DNA of 64,000 bases, from the NCBI GenBank assembly GCA_964642165.1, contig CAZXOC010000003.1, forward strand, positions 784 to 64,783, written 5' to 3'. The position numbers were made by a program, and so were the translations under genes. The stretch's first letter is position 1, and each line of letters opens with the position of its first letter. The DNA is from an uncultured Planctomycetaceae bacterium. GTDB lineage: Bacteria; Planctomycetota; Phycisphaerae; SM23-33. Below, piece after piece: positions 46,265-54,087 of this stretch. Below the pieces are notes generated by a model that was given only the letters and a program-made list of their open reading frames with translations, was not told the DNA's origin and did no database searches.

Positions 46265-48475
46265 CTACGGCGCGCCCGGCAGCACGATGTTTCGCAGGAG
46301 CCGGTACGCCGACTCCGGCGCGTAGCCGTCGACCGCGTGGGACGGGAAGCCGACCAGCCCGGCCGTGAGGTCCTCGGCGCTGAAGAACACGGCGACGCGG
46401 CCGCCGACCGTCGCGGCGTAGAGGTTGGGCTGCTTGGTGCGGCCCAGGCGGATCCTCGTGCGGCGGCGGAAGCGCACGCGGTCGATCTCGCGCCCCCGGA
46501 GGCGGTAGACCGCCGCCTTCGTGCCCAGCCGCCGCAGGCTCCGCCGACCCCAGAGTTGGCGGATCAGCTCTCGGGCGGAGTCGGCGAACTCGCGGTCGCC
46601 CCCGGCGGCGTCGACCACCAGCGTGCCGCCCGCGGCGACGAACTGCTTCAGGGCGGTTTGCTCGCCGTCGCTGAGCCGGAGGGGGCCCGTGCCCGTCAGG
46701 TGGGCGATCCTCGGGCGGCTGCCGGCCAGCTCGGCGATGTCAACGGGCCCGACGCGAAGCTGCACGTTCGTCTCGGCCAGCAGCAGCCGGGCGAAACGCT
46801 CGTACGCCAGCGGCTCGGGGTCCCAGTTGCCGCCGTGGCGCAGGTGCGCCAGGGAGATCGTCCTCTGCGGCTGGACCTCCGGCGGGTCGGGCCAGCGCGG
46901 AAGCCGGTACGCCCCGCTGTCGACGGCGCCGAGGCCGTAGGGGTTCGTGACGTACAGCAGGATGTTCTCGGCGAGGTGGAACGCCTGCTGGTGAGTGTGC
47001 ACCTGGTTGAGCTGCCAGACCTTCGCCAGGTCCTCTCGGCAGTGGATCGCCAGCGGGCGGGCACCGTTGGAGAGGACCTCCAGGGCCGGCGGTGGCGGGG
47101 CCCGGTGGTGGATGCTGTACAACTCGTGCTGTGCCGGGCAGGCAGCGAGCCTGTAGTCCGGCCAGAGCCGCGCGTAGAGGTTGCGGATGCTCGCGTCGAA
47201 GGCCTGACCGTTGCCCTCGGCGAGGCTGACGATCGTCCCGCCGCGGTGGACGAACGTCCGCAGGGCGTTGCTCTCGGCCGGGTCGAGCGAGATCGGCTGG
47301 TCGCCTGTGACCACCAGCACCTGGGCTCCCGGCCAGGAGTCCACCGGCCGCGCGGCGTCCACGATGCGCCACGCGCCGCCGTGCCAGGGCATCCCGCGCT
47401 GCCGCCCCAGCCAGCGAAGCAGGCTCCCCGCCGCGTGCGGGCGGTTGTTCCAGTGGCCGGCGTAGCGAAGGCGCAGCAGCAGGACGGGTCGGCGGACCTC
47501 GGCGAGGAACCGCAGGGCGCGGGCGGTGGCCGCCTCGGGCGAGCGCCCCGGCCAGGAACCGTCGGCCTTCTGCTGCCGCAGCACCGCGGCCGTGCCCGCC
47601 CGGGCCCAGTCGATCCCGCCGAAGCTCGGCTCGCCGGCGGCCTGTCCGAGGCGCGCGACGTCGTGCAGCCAGGCGGGACGTTCCGCGGCCCCGGCGGGGC
47701 CGACCAAGTTCGCGCGGAAGTGGCGGTCCAGCCACGTCCGGCCGGCCTCGACGGCCGGGCGGCGGTCGCTCCGTCCGCACTGGATGAAGCGGCCCGGGAA
47801 CAGGTTGTCTCCGCACAGCCGCAGGGCGAGAAGCGCTCGCGTGGTGGCCCGGGCGTCGCTCGCCTGCCCGGGCGCGCCCCAGCCGCCGTCGGCGTTCTGC
47901 GAGGCCTCGAGCCGCCGCAGGGCCAGGACCCAGAATTGCTGTGGGACTTCCTCGTTGGCGCGGGCGGCGGCCTCGACTCCGGCGACGGCGGCGGGCAGCT
48001 CTTCGTCGCGCCACGTCGCCTTGAGGACCGCCACGGCGTCGTTCCGCATCGGCTTGCGGTACTTCGCGTCCGCAACGCGCGCGGCGGCCCACACGCGGCA
48101 GCGGAGCGCCGCGTGCTCGACGGAGGCGAGCTTCCGCTGGCCGAGCCACTTCAGCAGCTTTGCCATCGGCGGCTGGTCGGCCCGGGCCGCGCCGGTCTCC
48201 AGCAGCGCCAGCGCGGCCAGCAGGCTCGGGCCGATCGCGTCCGGACCGTCGGCGGGGAAGTGGCCCTGGGGCAACTGCGCCGACTTCAGGTACGCCGCGC
48301 CCTTCCGGATGGCCTCCGCCACCTCGGCGTCCCGGACGGGGGGCTGCGGGACGGGCGGCCGGGCGCGGCGGGCCTGCTCGTCGTCTGGCCGGGCCGGCGG
48401 GGGCGTCCGGACCGGGGCCTCCCGGCAGCCACACAACGCCGCCGCGGCGAGGAACACAACGCACAGTCGACGCAT
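46265..48475 (-). CDS. Lipoprotein, prenyltransferase-repeat / 2x DUF4159-like protein (paralog 3)
   Basis: Lipobox MRRLCVVFLAAAALCGCRE. Repeats (LPQGHFPADG, NADGGWGAPG, ADGSWPGR). Modules VLVVTGDQPISLDPAESNALRTFVHRGGTIVSLAEGNG and IAHLTGTGPLRLSDGEQTALKQFVAAGGTLVVDAAGG, the same architecture as 17653-19911 and 19940-22480. Confidence 0.6.
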   Translation of the reverse strand: MRRLCVVFLAAAALCGCREAPVRTPPPARPDDEQARRARPPVPQPPVRDAEVAEAIRKGAAYLKSAQLPQGHFPADGPDAIGPSLLAALALLETGAARADQPPMAKLLKWLGQRKLASVEHAALRCRVWAAARVADAKYRKPMRNDAVAVLKATWRDEELPAAVAGVEAAARANEEVPQQFWVLALRRLEASQNADGGWGAPGQASDARATTRALLALRLCGDNLFPGRFIQCGRSDRRPAVEAGRTWLDRHFRANLVGPAGAAERPAWLHDVARLGQAAGEPSFGGIDWARAGTAAVLRQQKADGSWPGRSPEAATARALRFLAEVRRPVLLLRLRYAGHWNNRPHAAGSLLRWLGRQRGMPWHGGAWRIVDAARPVDSWPGAQVLVVTGDQPISLDPAESNALRTFVHRGGTIVSLAEGNGQAFDASIRNLYARLWPDYRLAACPAQHELYSIHHRAPPPPALEVLSNGARPLAIHCREDLAKVWQLNQVHTHQQAFHLAENILLYVTNPYGLGAVDSGAYRLPRWPDPPEVQPQRTISLAHLRHGGNWDPEPLAYERFARLLLAETNVQLRVGPVDIAELAGSRPRIAHLTGTGPLRLSDGEQTALKQFVAAGGTLVVDAAGGDREFADSARELIRQLWGRRSLRRLGTKAAVYRLRGREIDRVRFRRRTRIRLGRTKQPNLYAATVGGRVAVFFSAEDLTAGLVGFPSHAVDGYAPESAYRLLRNIVLPGAP

Positions 48476-48531
48476 GGTCCTACCTCCCCTGGCGCGATGG
48501 CCCTCGGGCCGTCTTGCCCGGGCGGAGCGAT

Positions 48532-49998
48532 CTACGAGGGCGGCCTGGTCCGCCCGGCCTTACGCTGCCTCTCGAGCAGCTTCGTGAGCCGCTCGACGAT
48601 GTCGGGGTGCTTGGCGTAGACGTTCTTTGTCTCGCCGACGTCGGCCGCCAGGTCGTAGAGCTGGCCCTTCGGCTCGCCCGCGGTCGGCTTCCTGCGCCGG
48701 GGCTTGGTGAACCCGCCGGAGCCGAGGCCGAGGATGAGCTTCCAGCGCCCGTGGCGGATGCCGGTCAACCCGGCCGGGTGGATCATCGTGTCGCGGGTCG
48801 GTTTGTCGAGCTTCCTGCCCAGCAGGACGGGCAGGAAGCTGAAGCTGTCCTCGCCGGCGCCGTCGGGCAGCGTGGCGCCGAGGATGTCGGCGAAGGTGGC
48901 CATCACGTCGGTGAAGCCCACGAGCGCGTCGCTGGTGGTGCCGGGCTTGACGCGCCCGGGCCAGCGGGCGATCAGCGGCATGCGGTGCCCGCCTTCCCAG
49001 ACGTCGCCCTTCATGCCCCGCAGCGGGCCGACGGAGCGGTGGCCGAAGCGCCGCACGTCCTGCGGGTACCAGACCGGGCCGTTGTCGCTGGAGAACAGCA
49101 CCAGCGTCTCGTCGCGGACGCCGAGATCGTCGAGCGCGGCGAGGACCTGCCCGACCGACGCGTCGACCTGGGCGACGAAGTCGCCGTAGTCGCTCGCCTT
49201 GCTGACGCCGCGGAACGTGCCCGTCGGCAGCCACGGCGTGTGCGGGGCCGCCAGGGCGAGGTACAGGAAGAAGGGCTTGTCGCGCGCCGTCTTCCTGTGC
49301 TGGCGGAGCCAGGCGATCGACCTCCGGGCGAAGGTCGGGAGGACCTCGTCGTGCCGGAAGCCCGGCGCGATGCGCCCCGCGCGCCAGAAGGCGCCCTGGA
49401 TCCTGGTCCAGCCGGGCGAGTTGCTGGCGGCGACGGTCTCCGTGGGCGGCGCGACGGGGCGGTCGTTCTCGATGTAGTAGTACGGCGGGCTGTCCAGCGA
49501 CGCGTGGATGCCGAAGTAGCTGTCGAAGCCCCGGTCGATGGGCCCGCCGCGCAGGGGCTTGCCGGGCGGGGGGTTCTTCTCGCCCTCGAGGCCCAGGTGC
49601 CACTTGCCCACGCACGCCGTGGCGTAGCCGCGGCTCTTCAGCAGCGAGGCGATGGTCAGGCGGCCCGGCTCGATGCGATGGCGGTTCGCGCGAAACGGGT
49701 ATCGCCCGGTCATCAGCCCGTAGCGGCTGGGGACGCACCAGCTCCCCGGCGCGTGGGCGTCGGTGAAGCGCAGGCCGTCGGCGGCCAGCCGATCGATGTT
49801 CGGCGTGGAAGTCTTGGAGCTGGGGTTGTAGCAGCCCGCATCGCCGTAGCCCATGTCGTCGGCGAAGAGGATGACGATGTTGGGCCGCGATGCGCCGCGA
49901 GGCGCTTCGCCGGTGCAGAGGCGCGGGCAGGCGAGGCCCGCGGCGCCGAGTCCCATCGCCTTCAGGAAGCCGCGGCGGCTGGAGCGTTTGCTGGACAT
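48532..49998 (-). CDS. Arylsulfatase-family sulfatase (formylglycine-dependent) with a Tat-like signal
   Basis: MSSKRSSRRGFLKAMGLGAAGLA. N-terminal metal-binding ILFADDMGYGD. FGly motif CVPSRYGLMTGRYP. GKWHLG. About 488 aa. The N-terminal part of the 835-aa track ORF is spurious. Confidence 0.8.
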   Translation of the reverse strand: MSSKRSSRRGFLKAMGLGAAGLACPRLCTGEAPRGASRPNIVILFADDMGYGDAGCYNPSSKTSTPNIDRLAADGLRFTDAHAPGSWCVPSRYGLMTGRYPFRANRHRIEPGRLTIASLLKSRGYATACVGKWHLGLEGEKNPPPGKPLRGGPIDRGFDSYFGIHASLDSPPYYYIENDRPVAPPTETVAASNSPGWTRIQGAFWRAGRIAPGFRHDEVLPTFARRSIAWLRQHRKTARDKPFFLYLALAAPHTPWLPTGTFRGVSKASDYGDFVAQVDASVGQVLAALDDLGVRDETLVLFSSDNGPVWYPQDVRRFGHRSVGPLRGMKGDVWEGGHRMPLIARWPGRVKPGTTSDALVGFTDVMATFADILGATLPDGAGEDSFSFLPVLLGRKLDKPTRDTMIHPAGLTGIRHGRWKLILGLGSGGFTKPRRRKPTAGEPKGQLYDLAADVGETKNVYAKHPDIVERLTKLLERQRKAGRTRPPS

Positions 49999-50015
49999 GG
50001 TCGTCTCCTGGTTGT

Positions 50016-51500
50016 CTACGTCTTGGGCCGGGCGGCGCGCCAGCCGGCCTTCATCATGCCCGCCAGCTCCCGCACGAGCTCGGCGTGCTCGGGCTGGTCC
50101 ACGACGTTCGCATGGGCGAACGCGCCCTTCGCGTGGTCGTACAGCTCGCGAGCCACGACCCTCTTCGTGCGGCGCTCGATCCACTCCGTGTAGCGCCAGC
50201 GCGGGGTCCGCAGGCTGTAGCCCATCGCGCCGCGGCGCGGGTACTGGCTGAACGCCGCCGTCTTCCACTCGCGGTCCGGATCGGCCAGCAGCGGCACCAT
50301 GCTCGTGCCCTCGCAGTGCCCGGGGACCGCCAAGCCGCACAGCTCCGCCAGCGTCGGATAGATGTCGACGTACTCGGTCAGGGCCACGCAGCGGCGGCCG
50401 GCCTTGCGCCCGGGCACGCTGAGCAGCATCGGCACGTGCGTGTCCAGCTCGAAGTTGGTGTGCTTGCACCAGTCGCCGTACTCGCCGAGCTTCCAGCCGT
50501 GGTCGCCCCACAGGATGACGACGGTCTTGCGGCGGAGGTCCAGGCGGTCGAGCTCGGCGAGGATGCGCCCGATCTGGGCGTCGACGAAGCTCACGCAGGC
50601 GTGGTAGCCGTGGATGAGGCGCCGGGTGTGCGCCTCGTCGAGATCGCCGGTGGCGGGGATGTCGCTGTAGGCCCGCAGCTCGCCCCAGTTGGTCAGGGCC
50701 ATCCGCGGGGCGTTCCTGGGCTCGGCGGCGTTGGGCAGCCGGATCCGGGCGCGGTCGTACCGGTCCCAGTACTTCTTCGGCGCGGTGAAGGGCAGGTGGG
50801 GCTTCTTGAAGCCGGCGGCGAGGAAGAAGGGCCCGGCCTTGTGCTTGCGGATCGCCTCGACGGCCTTGTCGGCGATCACGCCGTCGTCGTAGGCGTTGTC
50901 CGGCACGTCGAGGCACTCGGTGCTCGGCCCCGCGGCGAAGTTGTACAGCCGCGAGCCGGTGTAGCCCTTCTGGCGGCCCTCGGCGAAGCGGCGCCTTCGC
51001 TGGGCCTCGGTGTCCCGGCTGGCGTACATGCCCTTCCACGTCGCAGGGCGCTCGGTCCAGCCGGGCTTGTCGTCGCTGTGGTGGTGGTAGATCTTGCCCA
51101 GCGAGATCGTCGTGTAGCCGCTCTTGCGGAAGTGCTGCGGCAGCGTCAGGACGTCGGGCAGGTACTGGCTGACGGGGTGGCGAAGGTCGTAGATCTTCGT
51201 GGAATCCGGACGGAGGCCTGTCAGCAGGCTCGCGCGCGACGGCGCGCAGACTGCCTGCTGGCAGTAGGCCCGCGTGAAGAGCGTGCCGCTCGCCGCGAGC
51301 TTGTCGATGTGGGGGCTCCGGACCATCGGGTGGCCGTAGCAGCCCAGCTCCGGGCGCAGGTCGTCCACGGCGATGAACAGGACGTTGAGCTTCTCGCGTC
51401 GGCGTGCGAGTGCCGCCAGGCTCGCGGCGGGGCTCAGCGCCACCGCCGCCGCGCCGCCGAACGCGAGGGTTAGGAAGTCACGGCGATCCAGGGCGTTCAT
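50016..51500 (-). CDS. Sulfatase (iduronate-2-sulfatase-like), signal peptide
   Basis: MNALDRRDFLTLAFGGAAAVALSPAASLA. LFIAVDDLRPELGCYG. FGly motif CAPSRASLLTGLRP. GKIYHH. 494 aa. Confidence 0.8.
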   Translation of the reverse strand: MNALDRRDFLTLAFGGAAAVALSPAASLAALARRREKLNVLFIAVDDLRPELGCYGHPMVRSPHIDKLAASGTLFTRAYCQQAVCAPSRASLLTGLRPDSTKIYDLRHPVSQYLPDVLTLPQHFRKSGYTTISLGKIYHHHSDDKPGWTERPATWKGMYASRDTEAQRRRRFAEGRQKGYTGSRLYNFAAGPSTECLDVPDNAYDDGVIADKAVEAIRKHKAGPFFLAAGFKKPHLPFTAPKKYWDRYDRARIRLPNAAEPRNAPRMALTNWGELRAYSDIPATGDLDEAHTRRLIHGYHACVSFVDAQIGRILAELDRLDLRRKTVVILWGDHGWKLGEYGDWCKHTNFELDTHVPMLLSVPGRKAGRRCVALTEYVDIYPTLAELCGLAVPGHCEGTSMVPLLADPDREWKTAAFSQYPRRGAMGYSLRTPRWRYTEWIERRTKRVVARELYDHAKGAFAHANVVDQPEHAELVRELAGMMKAGWRAARPKT

Positions 51501-51562
51501 GGGTGCTCCTTGTCACGGGAATCACCTCGTGGTCGTGGCGTCTACATGATACCGCATCCCGC

Positions 51563-51650
51563 GCCGGCGAACACGCGGCGGCGAACGCACGCGGGGAACA
51601 CGGCGCGGGGAACACGGCGCGGGGAACACGGCGCGGGGAACACGGCGGGC
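51563..51650. repeat. Tandem 14-nt repeat (gcggggaacacggc, four perfect plus about two degenerate copies) in an intergenic region
   Basis: Perfect copies at 51591-51604, 51605-51618, 51619-51632 and 51633-51646. Degenerate copies (cggcgaacacgcgg / cggcgaacgcacg) at about 51563-51590. Confidence 0.7.
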
Positions 51651-51719
51651 AAGCCCGCCCGCTAAACGATGCGGTTGCGTCGCGGCGCTTGGCGGCGAGT
51701 TTAGCGGCGGGGCTTGCCC
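51647..51719. terminator. Long imperfect inverted repeat (21-bp arms, about 31-nt loop) followed on the plus strand by a polypyrimidine tract; candidate terminator for the minus-strand gene ending at 51775
   Basis: Arm gggcaagcccgcccgctaaac (51647-51667) pairs with gtttagcggcggggcttgccc (51699-51719). A CT-rich tract follows at 51725-51770. Function is inferred only from position. Confidence 0.35.
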
Positions 51720-51774
51720 CGCGCTTCCTTCTTTCCCCTCCCCGCGCTTTCTTCTTCCCCCCCTCCGCGCGTCG

Positions 51775-52863
51775 CTACGAGACGCGCGTCAGGCGGTACT
51801 TCCCGTCGCCCAGACCGACCTTGATGCACTCGGCGACCTGGATGTACGGGTCCTTGCCGTGGATCTGCCGGAGCAAATGGCCCGTGCCGCTGCGCGTCAG
51901 CGGCGGGGTCAGCGAGCCCTCGATGAAGTCCTCCTCCCGGATGAGGTCCAGGGCGGCCGTCTCGACGGCCGTGACGTCGTCCCCCGCCACGATGCCGATG
52001 TCCGGCACGACGGACGGCGTGGTGAAGCCCCAGCAGTCGCAGAACGGCGTGACGTTCAGCAGGACGGTGACGTGCAGCACGCGCCCGGGCTCGAACGTCT
52101 CCAGGCACTCGCGGACGGTCAGCGCCATGCCGTGCTGGAAATAGCGATAGCCCCGCTGGTCGATGGTGATCGCGTCGTTGGGGCAGGCGAGCTGGCAGTG
52201 CATGCAGTACTTGCAGGCGTGGTCGAAGATGCTGATCTTGCCGTCCTTGAACGAGATGGCCTCGTTGGGGCAGTTGTCGCGGCAGAGCAGGCACCCGGTG
52301 CACTTGCTGGCGTCCCACTGGAACGCCGCGCTCATGAGGCGGTGGATCTTCCCCCGCGTGGGGGCGTCGACGCAGCCCATGGCGATGTTCTTGATCGCCC
52401 CGCCGAAGCCGCTGTGCCCGTGGCCCTTGCCGTGGCTCAGCACGATCATCGCGTCGGCGTCGACGATGTTCCCGCCCAGGTTCACCGTCTTCATCGTGCG
52501 GTAGTTCGTCCGGCGCGGGTAGACGTACTTGTCCGCGACGCCCGCGACGGGCACCAGCGGCGCGCCGAGCACCTCCTCGGTGTAGCCGCGGTCCTTGGCG
52601 GTCGGCACGGCCCCGGGCACGTCGGTGAGGAAGGGCTTCCCGCCGGCGTCCCGGACGGCCTGCACCACGCGGGCCACCAGCAGCGGCGGGATCGTCGTGT
52701 ACCCGACGTGGTAGCCCAGGTGCATCTTGATGGCCACACGCTTCTTCGCGAAGCGTTTCTTCAGGCTCCACCGCGCGAGCATCTTGTCCAGCAGCTTGGG
52801 CAGCGTGGCGTCGGCGCGAAGCTCCTTCGGCCGGGCCGAGGCGAACGTCACTCTCGCGGGCAT
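51775..52863 (-). CDS. DUF362-domain iron-sulfur protein with an inserted 4Fe-4S dicluster ferredoxin motif
   Basis: CTGCLLCRDNCPNEAI and CKYCMHCQLACPNDAI (two CxxCxxCxxxCP motifs) embedded in a DUF362-like scaffold (..VAIKMHLGYHVGYTT..; ..SHGKGHGHSGFGGAIKNIAMGC..). Confidence 0.65.
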   Translation of the reverse strand: MPARVTFASARPKELRADATLPKLLDKMLARWSLKKRFAKKRVAIKMHLGYHVGYTTIPPLLVARVVQAVRDAGGKPFLTDVPGAVPTAKDRGYTEEVLGAPLVPVAGVADKYVYPRRTNYRTMKTVNLGGNIVDADAMIVLSHGKGHGHSGFGGAIKNIAMGCVDAPTRGKIHRLMSAAFQWDASKCTGCLLCRDNCPNEAISFKDGKISIFDHACKYCMHCQLACPNDAITIDQRGYRYFQHGMALTVRECLETFEPGRVLHVTVLLNVTPFCDCWGFTTPSVVPDIGIVAGDDVTAVETAALDLIREEDFIEGSLTPPLTRSGTGHLLRQIHGKDPYIQVAECIKVGLGDGKYRLTRVS

Positions 52864-52988
52864 CGGGCACTCCTCTTGAAGGGGTCGGTTGTCCGGGGTG
52901 ACCTACAGTGCCAACGATGCCCGCGCCGTGCAAGGGGAAAGGCCGCGCCCCGAGGCATGCCGCCCCGGGGCGCCACGGTCCGTCGCCG

Positions 52989-53366
52989 CTACTCCCGTGA
53001 GAGCTTCTCCGCCAGCTCGGCGATGCGGATCTCCAGACGCTTCACCTCGCGCTGGACGGCGTTGCGGTTGATGAGCATCCAGTACCAGATCTTGGTGATC
53101 GCCGCGACGATCACCGCCGTCACGAAGACCGTCGCGTAGAGGAGCATCTGCCGGTCGCCTTCCACCTGGAAGAACCGCACGGCCGCGAAGACGGCCAGGC
53201 CGCTGAACAGCAGGATGTAGATCCAGGCGACGAGGCTCATCCACCACGTCCGCCCGCGGAAGGTGCTCAGGAGCATCCCGCGGAGGGTGTCCTCGCGATC
53301 GGGGTCGTAGTCGCCGCCGTTGGCCCGGCGAAGCTCGTCTCGAAGGTCTTTCTCGAACTCGCTCAT
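52989..53366 (-). CDS. Small two-TM membrane protein downstream of the ECF sigma (possible anti-sigma / regulatory partner)
   Basis: MSEFEKDLRDELRR.. cytoplasmic N-terminus, then TM helices WWMSLVAWIYILLFSGLAVFAAV and LLYATVFVTAVIVAAITKIWYWML, then a C-terminal coiled coil. 25 nt downstream of the sigma gene. Confidence 0.45.
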   Translation of the reverse strand: MSEFEKDLRDELRRANGGDYDPDREDTLRGMLLSTFRGRTWWMSLVAWIYILLFSGLAVFAAVRFFQVEGDRQMLLYATVFVTAVIVAAITKIWYWMLINRNAVQREVKRLEIRIAELAEKLSRE

Positions 53367-53391
53367 GGTCTGTCTCCTTACCTCGAGGCCC

Positions 53392-53946
53392 TCAGCCGTC
53401 GCGCGACTGCCGGGCCTGCCAGATTCGTCTCAGCTCGTTCCGCGCGGTATGCAGACGGGACTTCACCGTCCCGGCCGGGATCGACAGAATCGCCGCGATC
53501 TCCGCGACGCCGAAGCCCTCCAGGTAGCGCAGGGACAGGATGGTTCGCTGCGGGCGGGGCAGACGTCGCAGCGCGGCCTGGAGGTCCTCGGCCTGCTCGC
53601 CGGAGTCGTCGGCGTCATCGGCCCGGGGCTCGACGGGCAGCCCCTGCTGCGAGGCCCGCCGGCGCCGGCGGTCTCGGATCCAGTTCGAGGCCTTGTTCGT
53701 GACGATGCGGAACGCCCAGCCGGCAAACCGCGCCGGGTCGTCCAGGCGACGGATGCCGCGGACGATGCTCAGCCAGGCCTCCTGGGCCACCTCCCAGGCG
53801 CCCTCCGCGTGCCCGGTCAGGCGGTAGGCGTGACGCCAGAGCCGGCGCTGCCACCGCGAGACCAGCTCGGCCAGCGCGTCGGCCTCGCCGTCCTGGCACC
53901 GCATGACGAGCAGTTCGTCGGCGAGTTGTTCCGCGGGCGTTTTCAT
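53392..53946 (-). CDS. ECF-type RNA polymerase sigma factor
   Basis: Start at MKTPAEQL (the track ORF is N-terminally extended). Region 2 (ALAELVSRWQRRLWRHAYRLTG..AWEVAQEAWLSIVRG..), region 4 HTH (LSLRYLEGFGVAEIAAILSIPAGTVKSRLHTAR). Confidence 0.75.
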   Translation of the reverse strand: MKTPAEQLADELLVMRCQDGEADALAELVSRWQRRLWRHAYRLTGHAEGAWEVAQEAWLSIVRGIRRLDDPARFAGWAFRIVTNKASNWIRDRRRRRASQQGLPVEPRADDADDSGEQAEDLQAALRRLPRPQRTILSLRYLEGFGVAEIAAILSIPAGTVKSRLHTARNELRRIWQARQSRDG

Positions 53947-54087
53947 CGTTCCAGGATGCCAGTCCGTTCCGGGGGGTCGGCGGTTCAGCCATTTTCGGCG
54001 AAATCCGCCCGGCTTGCATCCGGCGGGGGGCGCTCGCATAATCGCCCGCGCACCCGCAATCGGCTTCGGGTCAAGAGGAAGGGCGTT

